Positions 28,827-38,967 are shown, counted from the first letter of the stretch. The stretch: 64,000 bases of DNA from a bacterium (GCA_030429765.1 JAUIER010000013.1:8759-72758); one strand, 5' to 3'. The notes: generated from the sequence alone by a model not told the origin. Numbers and translations are program-made.

Positions 28827-29843
28827 ATGATTCAGTCCACGCACAAATCTCATCAGCTCAAGGCGGTCGGGATGATTTCCGGCGGTCTGGACAGCATTCT
28901 GGCGGCCAAGATCGTCAAAGACCTCGGGGTTGAGGTCCATGGCCTGTTTATGAAGATGCCCTGGGGCTGTTGCGACCAGGCCCACGCCCAGCAGGCCGCC
29001 GACAGTATTGGTATCCCATTGATTATTTTACAGCTCGACGAACGTTATCTGGAGACGGTCCGTAATCCGCGGCACGGGCGAGGGACCGCCATGAATCCCT
29101 GTGTGGATTGCCGTGTCCATATGTTCCGCCGTGCAGCCCGGTATATGGAGCACATCGGTGCGGATTTTGTCTTTACCGGCGAAGTAGTGGGGCAGCGGAT
29201 GATGTCCCAAAAAAAGCAGTCGATGGCCCTGATCGCCCGGCAGAGCGGTCTGGAAGGACGCTTGTTGCGTCCATTGTGCGCGGGAATTCTGGAGCCGACT
29301 GTCATGGAAGAGGCCGGTCAGATCGATCGGCAACGCATGATGCGTATTACGGGGCGCTCCCGTAAACCTCAGTATTTGCTGGCCAAACGCTATAGTGTTG
29401 AAGGCTATAGCGCGCCGGCCGGTGGATGTTTGTTAACGGATCAAAAATTTTCGCGGCGGATCAAAGATGTCTTCGAGCACGGTTATCGAAATTTCAGAGA
29501 GACGATTTCATTGAAGTGGGGACGTCACTACCGATTGTCGCCTGAATTCAAATGCATACTGGGGCGCAACATGGACGAGAATATGGCCCTGATTCGTTAC
29601 GCCCATCCCGACGATATCATTATGCAACTGCCGGACAATCACGGCCCAACATTAATCTTAAAAGGGATCAATCCGTCTCCCCAAATCCTTGCCACAGCCG
29701 CGGGAATTCTTCAACATTTTTCCAAACACAAAGGACAGGCGTCTATAGCTATGAAATACTGGCCTGTGAAGCAGCGGAATCTGGTTCAGCCGATCCAGGC
29801 TCAGGAACTGTCCGCGGATGATCTCAACCCCATGAAGGTATAA
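28827..29843 (+). CDS. PP-loop ATP pyrophosphatase, divergent MnmA/ThiI-like tRNA thiolation enzyme
   Basis: PP-loop KAVGMISGGLDS, then NPCVDCR...IGADFVFTGE, which resembles MnmA NPCxxCN...lGADxxATGH. Not a canonical MnmA. Confidence 0.5.
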   Translation: MIQSTHKSHQLKAVGMISGGLDSILAAKIVKDLGVEVHGLFMKMPWGCCDQAHAQQAADSIGIPLIILQLDERYLETVRNPRHGRGTAMNPCVDCRVHMFRRAARYMEHIGADFVFTGEVVGQRMMSQKKQSMALIARQSGLEGRLLRPLCAGILEPTVMEEAGQIDRQRMMRITGRSRKPQYLLAKRYSVEGYSAPAGGCLLTDQKFSRRIKDVFEHGYRNFRETISLKWGRHYRLSPEFKCILGRNMDENMALIRYAHPDDIIMQLPDNHGPTLILKGINPSPQILATAAGILQHFSKHKGQASIAMKYWPVKQRNLVQPIQAQELSADDLNPMKV

Positions 29844-29844
29844 T

Positions 29845-31155
29845 ATGGTTACGATTCAAAAGACTTTAAACGCGTTACGCGAAGTGATGCATCCGTCGAG
29901 CACACGCAACATTGTCGACGAAGGCCTGGTGCGAAATGTGGTGATCGAAGAGGGCAAGGTTACATTTGATTTGATGGTACATTCGTCCGCGCCGTCGATC
30001 GTGCATGAGATTGAAATGCGCGCCCGCCAGGCGGTGGAGGCGCTGGACTCGGTCGAGCAAGTGGTGTGTCAGGTCAAGACGTCAGCGCAGCCGGCTCAAA
30101 ACGCTCGGCCCCAGGTTCAATCTCCGATCAATCAGGTTAAAAATATTATTGCGGTCTCTTCCGCCAAGGGAGGCGTCGGCAAGTCCACGATGGCCGCGCA
30201 TCTGGCGCGGGAGCTCAAACAACAGGGCTACAACGTCGGTCTCGTCGACGTGGATATCTACGGCCCATCATTGCCGACGCTGTTTAATTTGCCCAAGGTC
30301 GACATTTATATGAACGAACAGAAGCTGTTGATGCCGGTCGAACAGGACGGGCTTAAGCTGATGTCGTTTGGTTTTTTGTTAGGCGACAAGCCCGCGGTGA
30401 TGCGCGGGCCGGTGGTGACCCGCTACGTCCAGCAAATTCTCCTGAATACAGATTGGGGGGCGCTGGATTATCTGCTGATTGATATGCCGCCGGGCACCGG
30501 CGATGTGCAGTTGACGATCACGCAATCGATCCGGCTCACGGGCGCGGTGATCATTACGACGCCGCACACATTGTCACTGATTGATGTGGCGCGCGGTATT
30601 TTGATGTTTGAAAAAGTCGAGGTCCCGATCGTCGGGGTGATTGAAAATATGAGCTATCTGCAAACCGGCGAGGACAGGCATTATGTGTTTGGACAGTCGT
30701 CGGTCCAGGGATTGTCCGAGCGATTTGGAGTTGAGATCCTTGGTGAGATTCCGATCCTTCCGGAGCTGAGCGGCGTAGCCGGTCCTTCTCAATCGACGCC
30801 GGCGATTCAGTCGGCGGTCAAACAAATGATCCGGAGTGTCGACACAGTTCGATCGAGTTCGCAGGATATTCCAACCATCAAATTTGACGAGCGAAAAGTT
30901 CAGTTGTCATGGAAAAACGGGGAGCACTGGTCGGTCAATAATTTCGATCTAAGAATGATTTCGCAGGACGCGCTGAGTGTCAATGAGATAACCGGTCAGC
31001 GTATTTTGAAGGAAGCGGATGTGCCCAAAGACATTGCGGCCGAGGAGATCACGCCGCTGGGCAATTACGGGATCGGGATTGCGTGGAATGACGGACATTC
31101 CGCGGCGATCTACACCTACAAGAATATCCGTCAAATTGCCACGATAACGACATAA
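29845..31155 (+). CDS. apbC: Fe-S cluster carrier ATPase of the Mrp/NBP35/ApbC family with N-terminal DUF59 (MIP18-like) and C-terminal DUF971 domains
   Basis: Deviant Walker A box (SAKGGVGKST) and a ParA-like core. The N-terminal MIP18-like domain contains LREVMHPSSTRNIVDEGLV. The C-terminal WNDGHSAAIYTY resembles DUF971. Confidence 0.85.
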   Translation: MVTIQKTLNALREVMHPSSTRNIVDEGLVRNVVIEEGKVTFDLMVHSSAPSIVHEIEMRARQAVEALDSVEQVVCQVKTSAQPAQNARPQVQSPINQVKNIIAVSSAKGGVGKSTMAAHLARELKQQGYNVGLVDVDIYGPSLPTLFNLPKVDIYMNEQKLLMPVEQDGLKLMSFGFLLGDKPAVMRGPVVTRYVQQILLNTDWGALDYLLIDMPPGTGDVQLTITQSIRLTGAVIITTPHTLSLIDVARGILMFEKVEVPIVGVIENMSYLQTGEDRHYVFGQSSVQGLSERFGVEILGEIPILPELSGVAGPSQSTPAIQSAVKQMIRSVDTVRSSSQDIPTIKFDERKVQLSWKNGEHWSVNNFDLRMISQDALSVNEITGQRILKEADVPKDIAAEEITPLGNYGIGIAWNDGHSAAIYTYKNIRQIATITT

Positions 31156-31157
31156 AT

Positions 31158-31472
31158 CTACGAATTTAACAGCTGTTCCAATTCACCGTTGGTGTGCATT
31201 TCGGTGATGATATCGCATCCGCCGATAAATTCTCCCTTGACATACAATTGAGGGATCGTCGGCCAGTCTGAATATTCTTTGATGCCCGCGCGGATTTCAT
31301 CATCTTCCAAGACATTTGACGATTTAAAATCGGCATTATAGTGCTGCAGCAGATTGACGGCCTGAGAAGAAAAACCGCACATCGGCATTTCAGGCGTGCC
31401 TTTCATATACAAAAAGATCTTGTTATTCTTCACATCATTGTCGATACGTTGACGAATTTCCTCGTTCATCAC
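31158..31472 (-). CDS. grxD: Monothiol (CGFS) glutaredoxin, Grx4 family
   Basis: Contains the PMCGFSSQ active-site motif. Length is 104 aa. Confidence 0.85.
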   Translation of the reverse strand: MMNEEIRQRIDNDVKNNKIFLYMKGTPEMPMCGFSSQAVNLLQHYNADFKSSNVLEDDEIRAGIKEYSDWPTIPQLYVKGEFIGGCDIITEMHTNGELEQLLNS

Positions 31473-31512
31473 TTTCTCCTTACCGTTGATTATTTCCTTT
31501 AAATTCTTTGGA

Positions 31513-31773
31513 TTAAAAACCGAACTGGGCGCGGTTTTCTTCCCACTTAGCGGGCGTAAACGTTTTCAGGCCCAGGGCGTGCACACTGCTGGCGAAGGCC
31601 TCTTTGAGCGGCTGCATCACCATCTTGTGCTGTTTGACCAGCATCATGCCTTCAAACGTCGACGAGATGACGAAGGCCTGCAGATGTTCGCCGTCATTCA
31701 TCGGATCGAGGACGATGGCCTCGGAATCCGGGATATTTGATTCGATGATTTTTTTGATGTCGTCGAGTGTCAT
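31513..31773 (-). CDS. bolA: BolA family protein
   Basis: 86 aa with a BolA-like class II KH fold signature (VISSTFEGMMLVKQHKMV). It is adjacent to the CGFS glutaredoxin. Confidence 0.7.
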   Translation of the reverse strand: MTLDDIKKIIESNIPDSEAIVLDPMNDGEHLQAFVISSTFEGMMLVKQHKMVMQPLKEAFASSVHALGLKTFTPAKWEENRAQFGF

Positions 31774-32009
31774 GGTGTGGGGTTATCCTTTAACCAGTTG
31801 ATGATATCATCGGATTCATACATGATCGTTCCGTCGATGTCGAGCGCCGGGACCTGTGTTTTTCCTCCGGCCTCCAGAAGTTCATCGCGAAAGCGGGGAT
31901 TATCCAGTACATTCTTGAGATCGAGGGTGATTTCATTGTCATGCATAAATCCCAAAACTTTTTGGCAATAGGGACATGTTTCCATGTAGTAAAGCGTTAA
32001 ATTTGGCAT
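31770..32009 (-). CDS. Dithiol glutaredoxin (CPYC)
   Basis: 79 aa with LTLYYMETCPYCQKV. Confidence 0.75.
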   Translation of the reverse strand: MPNLTLYYMETCPYCQKVLGFMHDNEITLDLKNVLDNPRFRDELLEAGGKTQVPALDIDGTIMYESDDIINWLKDNPTP

Positions 32010-32027
32010 ATGCGGGATCCTTTCAGC

Positions 32028-32984
32028 TCATATTTTACCCGGGACACGTTGCCGGTCAATAAGTTTTTCGGCGAAGTCGATCACCTGATCCTCTAACTGG
32101 ACGTTCTGCAGCGAGTTGATCTCCTGCACACAGGTCGGCGAGGTGACATTGATCTCAGTCAGGTAATCGCCCAGCATATCGATTCCGACAAAATACAGGC
32201 CCATCTCCTGCAGGTAGGGCTTGAGCCGCGCGCAGACATCCAAATCGCGTTCAGTGATTTCCGTGGGCTGGGCCGAGCCGCCGGCCATAAAGTTATTGCG
32301 AAAGTCGTCCTGACCGTGCACCCGCAACACGGCACCGATGGGTTCACCGTTAAGGAGCAGGATGCGTTTATCACCGATTTCCGCTTCTTTGATGTATTGC
32401 TGAACAATGATCTCGGTCCGCCATTTGTTGGTCAATTTCGATAGGCTCTCAATGACGTAATTGGTGTTTGAAAGTTTGATGATCCCTTGGCCGCCGAAGC
32501 CATTCGCCGGTTTGGCGACGACCATTTTGTATTCATCGATAAATTTGACAATCTCCTCGCGCTGGGAACTCACCAGCGTCGGAGGGAGAAGGTCGGTAAA
32601 TTGGGTGGCCCAGATCTTTTCATTACATTGACGGATGCCGGCCGGTTCATTGATGACCGGGATGTGTTTGGGTAACAAGTCCAGCAGCCACGTCTGCATC
32701 AGATAGGCCTCATCAAACGGCGGATCGGTTCGAATGAACACGATATCGATATCATTCTCTGTGAGAATCACGGATTGCTCATCAGTGAATGGTTTGTCGG
32801 GATTCATCTGTGCGGTGACCCGGGTCGCACTCATCAGCACCTGACCGTTTTTGCGTGTCGTGCCGCCTTCATGCAGCAGATGCACGGTGTGGCCGCGACG
32901 CTGGGCGCCTATCATGAAGATAAAAGATGTATCTTTGTGAACGTTCCACGTGTCGTACTTGTCAACCAGAAAGACAAAGTTCAT
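32028..32984 (-). CDS. gshB: Glutathione synthetase (ATP-grasp)
   Basis: Prokaryotic GshB N-domain plus ATP-grasp core. The start is set at MNFVFL, where an AGGAAA RBS is present. Length is 318 aa. Confidence 0.85.
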   Translation of the reverse strand: MNFVFLVDKYDTWNVHKDTSFIFMIGAQRRGHTVHLLHEGGTTRKNGQVLMSATRVTAQMNPDKPFTDEQSVILTENDIDIVFIRTDPPFDEAYLMQTWLLDLLPKHIPVINEPAGIRQCNEKIWATQFTDLLPPTLVSSQREEIVKFIDEYKMVVAKPANGFGGQGIIKLSNTNYVIESLSKLTNKWRTEIIVQQYIKEAEIGDKRILLLNGEPIGAVLRVHGQDDFRNNFMAGGSAQPTEITERDLDVCARLKPYLQEMGLYFVGIDMLGDYLTEINVTSPTCVQEINSLQNVQLEDQVIDFAEKLIDRQRVPGKI

Positions 32985-33009
32985 GGGATTTTCCTTGTGA
33001 AATGTTGGA

Positions 33010-34290
33010 CTACGAGGCCGCTTCCAGCTGGATGATTTCCCGGTGCGCGGAGATGCCCGCGATCCGGGCGAGGATGCGGTACACATCAAATATATTGATA
33101 TCCGGATGAGCGACGCAATCGCCGTACTTGCTTGAATGAGGGCAGATGGTCTGAAAGGTCATGCCCTTGGAATTCAAATTATCACGTTGCCCCTTGGATC
33201 CGTGCATCCGGTAAAATCCGCCGACGAGCTTGTTTTCGATCTGATAGATCACCACTTCGCTGACCTGATCAGCCACGTTGTAGATGGTCGGGACACCTTC
33301 CTGCAGCAGGTAACGGGTGATCGACTGAGAACTTTTACCGACGGACAGCGCGTTCCGTTTCTTTCGATTGAGATTGAGGATGTCGTCCGGTGATTCGATG
33401 CTCATGACGCCCATGCCATACGTGCCGGAATCACTCTTGAGAACCACATAGGGTTTTTCGGTGATGCCGTGTTCGTCATACTTGGTCTGAATGGATTTGA
33501 GCAGATCGGCGGTGGCATCCGCCAGTTTTTGCCGCTCGGCCTGATCATTGACATCGGAATTCTCAATCACCCGGAACTGACAGCTCAACAGCCATGGATC
33601 GACGTCAATCAGCCGGGCAAAATCGGCCATCACATCTTCAGTGTGCGCGAAATGATGCGACTTAAGCCGTGAATGCCATCCGGCCGCGATCGACGGATAG
33701 ATCGGAACTCGGGCCGATTTCAAGATATCGGGAATGCCCGTGGTGAGGTCATTGTTGAGTATGATCAGACAAAATTTTTCACGTCCGGCTTCGTAGTCGT
33801 CGAGAATTTTTTTAAAGCAGTGCAGGCGCACCGGTTGGCCGGTGGCGGTTTCCAGTTCGACAAATCGTGTTTTTTCACAGAAGTCGGGTTGAATCGTGAG
33901 GAAGGTCGCGATCTTGACATTGAAGCCGGCCTTCTCGGCGATATTCTGCAGGATGCGGATGTTTTCCAGATACCACGTGTTACGCGTGTGTTCTTCGGCG
34001 ATGATCAGGATGTTCCGGCAGCCGGAGACGCGCCGCTGAATCGCTTCACGCATAAAGGTGACGGCGTCATCCAAACCATGCTCACAGAGATTGTTAAAGC
34101 CGGCTGGAAAGATATTGGTATCGACCACGGACATCTTGAAGCCCGAGTCGCGAATGTCGACCGACGAATAGATCGGCAGCTCATTGGCGCCCTCCATCGA
34201 GGTCAGCCAATTATGGATCTGTTCCTGATTGGTCTTGATGTGATCAATCAGGGTATTCATGGTTGGTGATTGGGAATGAATAGGATTCAT
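33010..34290 (-). CDS. Putative glutamate-cysteine ligase of the divergent (Acidithiobacillus-type) family
   Basis: 426 aa located immediately upstream of gshB in the same orientation. It is not E. coli-type GshA. The assignment rests on context plus a resemblance to the non-canonical bacterial GCL family. Confidence 0.45.
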   Translation of the reverse strand: MNPIHSQSPTMNTLIDHIKTNQEQIHNWLTSMEGANELPIYSSVDIRDSGFKMSVVDTNIFPAGFNNLCEHGLDDAVTFMREAIQRRVSGCRNILIIAEEHTRNTWYLENIRILQNIAEKAGFNVKIATFLTIQPDFCEKTRFVELETATGQPVRLHCFKKILDDYEAGREKFCLIILNNDLTTGIPDILKSARVPIYPSIAAGWHSRLKSHHFAHTEDVMADFARLIDVDPWLLSCQFRVIENSDVNDQAERQKLADATADLLKSIQTKYDEHGITEKPYVVLKSDSGTYGMGVMSIESPDDILNLNRKKRNALSVGKSSQSITRYLLQEGVPTIYNVADQVSEVVIYQIENKLVGGFYRMHGSKGQRDNLNSKGMTFQTICPHSSKYGDCVAHPDINIFDVYRILARIAGISAHREIIQLEAAS

Positions 34291-34355
34291 GATTTAAATA
34301 TGTTTATATACACTTAAATGGCTATTATGCCGAAAACCCGACGGATTGTCCAGCA

Positions 34356-35591
34356 TTATCTTTGCTTTCGAGTCTGATAGTCAACGATCAAGGTGCCGAT
34401 GGTGTCGCCTTTGACGTTGATCATGGTGCGCACGGCATCCAGCAAGCGGTCAATGGGATACAGGATCGCGATGGCCTCGGCCGGTAGTCCCACCGATTGT
34501 AACACCATCACCATGGTCACCATCCCGGCACTGGGGATGCCCGGCGCGCCGATCGAGGCCAGGATCGACATCGTGAACACGATCAGCTGCTGGGCGAGAT
34601 TTAATTCAATACCCACCAGATTGGCGATAAAGATGGCGGCGATGGCCTCGTACAGCGCCGTCCCGTCCATGTTGATCGTCGCTCCGAGCGGGAGCACAAA
34701 ACCGGCGATGTCTTTATCGGCCTCGAGATTCTCCTCGAGACAACGGTAGGTGATCGGCAATGTCGCCGCCGACGAACTCGTAGAGAAGGCGGTGATCAGC
34801 GCCTGACGCACGCCGCGGTAATATCGGAACAGCGACGTGTCGGAAAATGTCTTGAGGATGACCGGCAGGGTCACAAAGCCGTGAAACAGTGTCGCCCCGA
34901 CAACGACCAGGATAAATTTTCCCAGCGCGGCAAACAGCGATACATCCTGGGTCGCGACCAGACCCGTGAGCAGACAGAACAGGCCCAACGGCAAGAGCGC
35001 CATGATCCACTGCACAATCAGCATGATCAGCTCGAAGATCTCATTGAGGACATTGAGCGTGGTTTGCGCCCGGCCGCCCATGACGACCAATCCGATGCCG
35101 AGGAAAATCGCAAACATGATCGTCGGAAGGATTTGGCCTTGGGCCATCGAGGCCACCGGGTTCATAAACAGATTGGTCAGGAAGTTTTCGATAAACTCCA
35201 ACGGTGACATGTGTTGGACCGTCATGGTCGTCATCGAGTCCTTGAACATATCCATCTGCAGTCCGACGCCCGGTTGAAACAGATTCACGACGGTGAGTCC
35301 CAGAAAGACCGCCAGCATGGTCGTCGAGATATAGTACAGGAGCGTCATCCGCCAGACGCTGGACATCTGGGCGTGGGCCCGCAGGTTGGCAATACCCACC
35401 GTGATGGATGTAAAGACCAGCGGGATCAGGATCATCTTCAGCAAGCTGATAAAGATCTTGGCGATCACCCCGAACAGATGCAGGGCGTGCTTGATCACGG
35501 GGGCATCCGTCCCGACGAAGGCAAAGACAAGGCCCGTGACAATCCCGAGCACCGTCCCGATCAGGATTTGAGTGTTGTAGGTTAGTCGCAT
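34356..35591 (-). CDS. Dicarboxylate/amino acid:cation symporter (DAACS family)
   Basis: 411-aa multi-TM protein with the GltP/SstT-like DAACS signature (AAIFIANL... PSAGMVTM). Confidence 0.8.
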   Translation of the reverse strand: MRLTYNTQILIGTVLGIVTGLVFAFVGTDAPVIKHALHLFGVIAKIFISLLKMILIPLVFTSITVGIANLRAHAQMSSVWRMTLLYYISTTMLAVFLGLTVVNLFQPGVGLQMDMFKDSMTTMTVQHMSPLEFIENFLTNLFMNPVASMAQGQILPTIMFAIFLGIGLVVMGGRAQTTLNVLNEIFELIMLIVQWIMALLPLGLFCLLTGLVATQDVSLFAALGKFILVVVGATLFHGFVTLPVILKTFSDTSLFRYYRGVRQALITAFSTSSSAATLPITYRCLEENLEADKDIAGFVLPLGATINMDGTALYEAIAAIFIANLVGIELNLAQQLIVFTMSILASIGAPGIPSAGMVTMVMVLQSVGLPAEAIAILYPIDRLLDAVRTMINVKGDTIGTLIVDYQTRKQR

Positions 35592-35706
35592 ACAATCTCA
35601 ATTATTCGTTGACGGTTGAGCAAATCAATCTATGATCTATGTTACACCATTTAGGACGTTGACCGAAGAATTAATCCATGATTGTGAGCACAAGCGGAGG
35701 TCTAAG

Positions 35707-35973
35707 ATGACAGACAAAATTCGTGAATTAATCGCTGCGCATATCAATGTGAGCCATTTTGAAATTATGGACGACTCGCATAAGCACGCGCATCACGCCG
35801 GCGCGAGGGAATCCGGCGGCGGGCATTACCTGGTGCTGGTGGTCAGTGATGATTTTGAGGGCGTGTCACGTGTCCGTCGTCATCGGATGATCTACGAGGC
35901 GCTTAAATCCATCAAAGACCATATTCACGCCTTGGGAATCCGCGCTTACACATCTGACGAATACCAGCGTTAA
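35707..35973 (+). CDS. BolA-family protein (IbaG/YrbA-like)
   Basis: 88 aa with a GGGHY...V.S..F core and a GGAGG RBS. Confidence 0.6.
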   Translation: MTDKIRELIAAHINVSHFEIMDDSHKHAHHAGARESGGGHYLVLVVSDDFEGVSRVRRHRMIYEALKSIKDHIHALGIRAYTSDEYQR

Positions 35974-36740
35974 GTCCGCAGTTTATAGCCGATCTTGAAG
36001 AGGAATACCGCGACATTGAAGAAAACCGCCGCCATGACCAGTGTCACCAGCGCGCTGATGACGATGCTGATATCTGAGACGCCGGTCACACTGTAACGAA
36101 TGCCCTGGACCAGATAAAACATCGGATTGAACAGCGAGATGTCCTGTACGATTTGCGGTAAGAGATGAACAGGATGAAAGACTCCGCCCAAAAGCACCAA
36201 CGGGATGATCAAGTAGATGTTCCACATGTTGAGCATGTTGAAGTCTTCCGCCCATAACGCGGCGAGCATGCCGATGCACGAAAAGATCACGGAAACCATC
36301 ACCATAAAATAAAGCAGATACAACGGATGCAGCGCGGGAAAGTTGCCGAACATCAGCGAGACCAGATATATGCCGGTGCAGACCACCACGCCGCGCATCA
36401 CGCCGCCCGCTAACAATCCCAGCACCATTTCAAAATACGACAACGGCGATAACAAAAGTTCCTGAATGTGATTGTGCCAGCGGCCCAGAAATAGCGAGAA
36501 GGACGTGTTTTCATACGAAGTTGAAATCAGATGCATGGTCATCAGTCCGGGGACAATAAAGCTAAAGTAGGACACCTGGGCGGATGTAAAATCAATGCGG
36601 TTGCCGATCGCGACGCCGAAGATAAACATAAACAGCGACGCGCTAAGGATGGCCGGGAAAACGGTTTGGGTCGCGACCGATAAAAAACGAAAGATCTCGC
36701 GCTTGGCGAGCGAGGCTGTGCCGATGGGATTTGTGATCAT
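35970..36740 (-). CDS. ABC-2 type transporter permease
   Basis: Six-TM ABC-2 permease. Its start overlaps the upstream ATPase gene by 4 nt. Confidence 0.7.
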   Translation of the reverse strand: MITNPIGTASLAKREIFRFLSVATQTVFPAILSASLFMFIFGVAIGNRIDFTSAQVSYFSFIVPGLMTMHLISTSYENTSFSLFLGRWHNHIQELLLSPLSYFEMVLGLLAGGVMRGVVVCTGIYLVSLMFGNFPALHPLYLLYFMVMVSVIFSCIGMLAALWAEDFNMLNMWNIYLIIPLVLLGGVFHPVHLLPQIVQDISLFNPMFYLVQGIRYSVTGVSDISIVISALVTLVMAAVFFNVAVFLFKIGYKLRT

Positions 36741-37465
36741 TCGAGTCCTGTGACTTCAATAAAGACGTCTTGAAGTGATTTGTCCTGTAAGATTTGACTT
36801 TTTTCGCCGATGCGGACAATATTTCCGCTATTGATAATACCGATGGTCTTGCAGAGTTTTTCGGCTTCCTCCATGTAATGTGTGGTCAGAAAGATGGTCT
36901 TGCCTTCCTGATTTAATTCCTTGAGATAGTTCCAGATCTGAAATTTGAGTTCGAGATCACAACCCGCGGTAGGCTCATCGAGAATGATGATCTCCGGCTC
37001 ATGGATCAACGCCCGGCATAATAGCAGACGTTTTTTCATCCCGCCGCTGAGCGTGCGGTGTTTGGCATTGCGTTTTTCGTACAATCCAAAGCGCTCCAGC
37101 AACTCATCGGCGCGGCGCTTGGCCTTAGGCGGGAGGATGCCGAAGTATCCGGCCTGAAAGACCAGCAGATTCCGGATCGTCAGGAACGGATCGAAATTAA
37201 ATTCCTGGGCGCACAGTCCGACCAGCCGGCGGGCCTGAATGTAGTCTTTGGTGGTGCTGTATCCGAAGATGCGCACATCTCCTGACTGATAATTAGATAG
37301 TCCGGTCAGGACATTGATGGTGGTGGTTTTACCGGCGCCGTTGGGTCCCAGAAACGCGAAGAAGTCACCGCGTTTGACCTGAAACGAAACATCCTTCAGG
37401 GCCGCTAGATTGCCGTAATATTTGGACAGATTTTTGATCTCAATTGCGAATTTTGAATCGCGCAT
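36737..37465 (-). CDS. ABC transporter ATP-binding protein
   Basis: Walker A GPNGAGKTT, signature LSGGMKKRL, and Walker B IIILDEPT. Confidence 0.85.
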   Translation of the reverse strand: MRDSKFAIEIKNLSKYYGNLAALKDVSFQVKRGDFFAFLGPNGAGKTTTINVLTGLSNYQSGDVRIFGYSTTKDYIQARRLVGLCAQEFNFDPFLTIRNLLVFQAGYFGILPPKAKRRADELLERFGLYEKRNAKHRTLSGGMKKRLLLCRALIHEPEIIILDEPTAGCDLELKFQIWNYLKELNQEGKTIFLTTHYMEEAEKLCKTIGIINSGNIVRIGEKSQILQDKSLQDVFIEVTGLE

Positions 37466-37484
37466 TCAATCAACCTCGTTGATA

Positions 37485-38885
37485 TTAGGCCGCCGCTGAA
37501 GCCGTGGCCCGTGCCGTAAATTCGGCCTGGGCCCGTCGGGCCGCGTTGCGGACTATCTCCGGCAGGGCCGGATGGATATAAATCATATTGAGCAGATCAT
37601 CGAGCGTGCCGTCCTTGTTCATAAACGCGATGATCATATGGATCATATTGGACGCCTCGGGGCCGACAATATGCGCGCCGAGGATCCGCCGCGTCTTCGC
37701 GCAGATCAGGATCTTACAAAAGCCGTGATCGGAAAGCAGGGCCATGCCCATCGCGCTCTTGGCGTAGGGATTGACACCGCTGATGTAATCGACACCTTCG
37801 GCCTTGAGTTCATCTTCGGTTTTTCCAACACCCGCCACCTGCGGATTGGAAAAAATCGCATGCGGCACCGGCGGATACTGGATGGGCCGGTCGTGCGGAT
37901 TGGCGAAGGCCGATTCAAACAGATATTCACCTTCAAAATTAACGCTGTGCCGGAAGAAATACCGGCCGATGCAGTCGCCCAGCGCGTAAACACCGTCGAC
38001 ACTGGTTCGCAGGTGATCATCGACGTCAATGAATCCTTTGGATGTCACTTTAATGTCGGTGTTTTCCAGTTTAAGGGTGTCACTGTTGGGAACTACGCCG
38101 GTGGCGATCAGTAAGGCGTCACACTGTATGGTTTTTGATTCTTCATGTTGTTTGTAGGTGATGCGGAAAATGCCATTGCGGTAATCGACCTTGGTTGGAC
38201 AGGCCTTGATGTGACAACTGTACTTTTCAGAGAAGACACGCGTAAACTCCTGGGCGACCTGTGAATCTTCCCCGCGTAGGAATCTGGACCGGACCATAAA
38301 TTGAACGTCACACCCGAGCGCCGCGTATGCGTGTCCTAATTCAACGGCGATGTAACTGGCCCCGACAACCACCATTTTCTGCGGGAGTTTGGTCAGGCGC
38401 AATGCTTCGGTGCTGGTCATGAACGGGGTGTCTTTGAGTCCCGGGATGTCCGGAATGTGCGGCCGGGCCCCTACGCCAATCACGATGCGTTCGGCGGTTA
38501 ATTGTTCGCCGTTGACCTCAACAACCTTGTTGGTCAGGAAGCTGGCGGTTCCGTGATAGTAATCAATATTGGGATTTTTGGAATAACCGACGACGATACT
38601 GTCGGAATCATGATCGACCGTGCTGGAGATACGTGTCACCAGCTTTTGAAAATCGACTGAAAAGTGCGGATTGTTATGAATATCAAACTTAGAGGCCTCG
38701 CGGATCTCTTGAGCCACATCGGCCGGATGAATTAACATCTTGGAGGGGATGCATCCGCGATTCAGACATGTCCCGCCAAGGCGGTCTTTTTCGATGACGG
38801 CGACTTTTAAGCCCATCCGAGCCGCCGGTGAGGTGATTTTAGATCCGCCGCCGGACCCGATGACGATGACATCGTAATTTTTCAT
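37485..38885 (-). CDS. Class I pyridine nucleotide-disulfide oxidoreductase of the dihydrolipoyl dehydrogenase/glutathione reductase family
   Basis: GGTCLNRGCIPSK redox-active disulfide, N-terminal FAD motif VIVIGSGGG, and C-terminal HPALPE dimer-interface His-Pro. Confidence 0.8.
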   Translation of the reverse strand: MKNYDVIVIGSGGGSKITSPAARMGLKVAVIEKDRLGGTCLNRGCIPSKMLIHPADVAQEIREASKFDIHNNPHFSVDFQKLVTRISSTVDHDSDSIVVGYSKNPNIDYYHGTASFLTNKVVEVNGEQLTAERIVIGVGARPHIPDIPGLKDTPFMTSTEALRLTKLPQKMVVVGASYIAVELGHAYAALGCDVQFMVRSRFLRGEDSQVAQEFTRVFSEKYSCHIKACPTKVDYRNGIFRITYKQHEESKTIQCDALLIATGVVPNSDTLKLENTDIKVTSKGFIDVDDHLRTSVDGVYALGDCIGRYFFRHSVNFEGEYLFESAFANPHDRPIQYPPVPHAIFSNPQVAGVGKTEDELKAEGVDYISGVNPYAKSAMGMALLSDHGFCKILICAKTRRILGAHIVGPEASNMIHMIIAFMNKDGTLDDLLNMIYIHPALPEIVRNAARRAQAEFTARATASAAA

Positions 38886-38967
38886 ATGTATGCGATCGTT
38901 TGCAAGTAATTGGTTGATTAGGTGGCTATTTTATCAACGCGTCTAGTAAATGCAACAAAAATCATTC

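Noticed and set aside
34881-35601. Several 100-186-aa ORFs on both strands within 34.4-35.6 kb
   Set aside because: All lie inside or antisense to the DAACS transporter gene, whose multi-TM sequence is clearly the real product.
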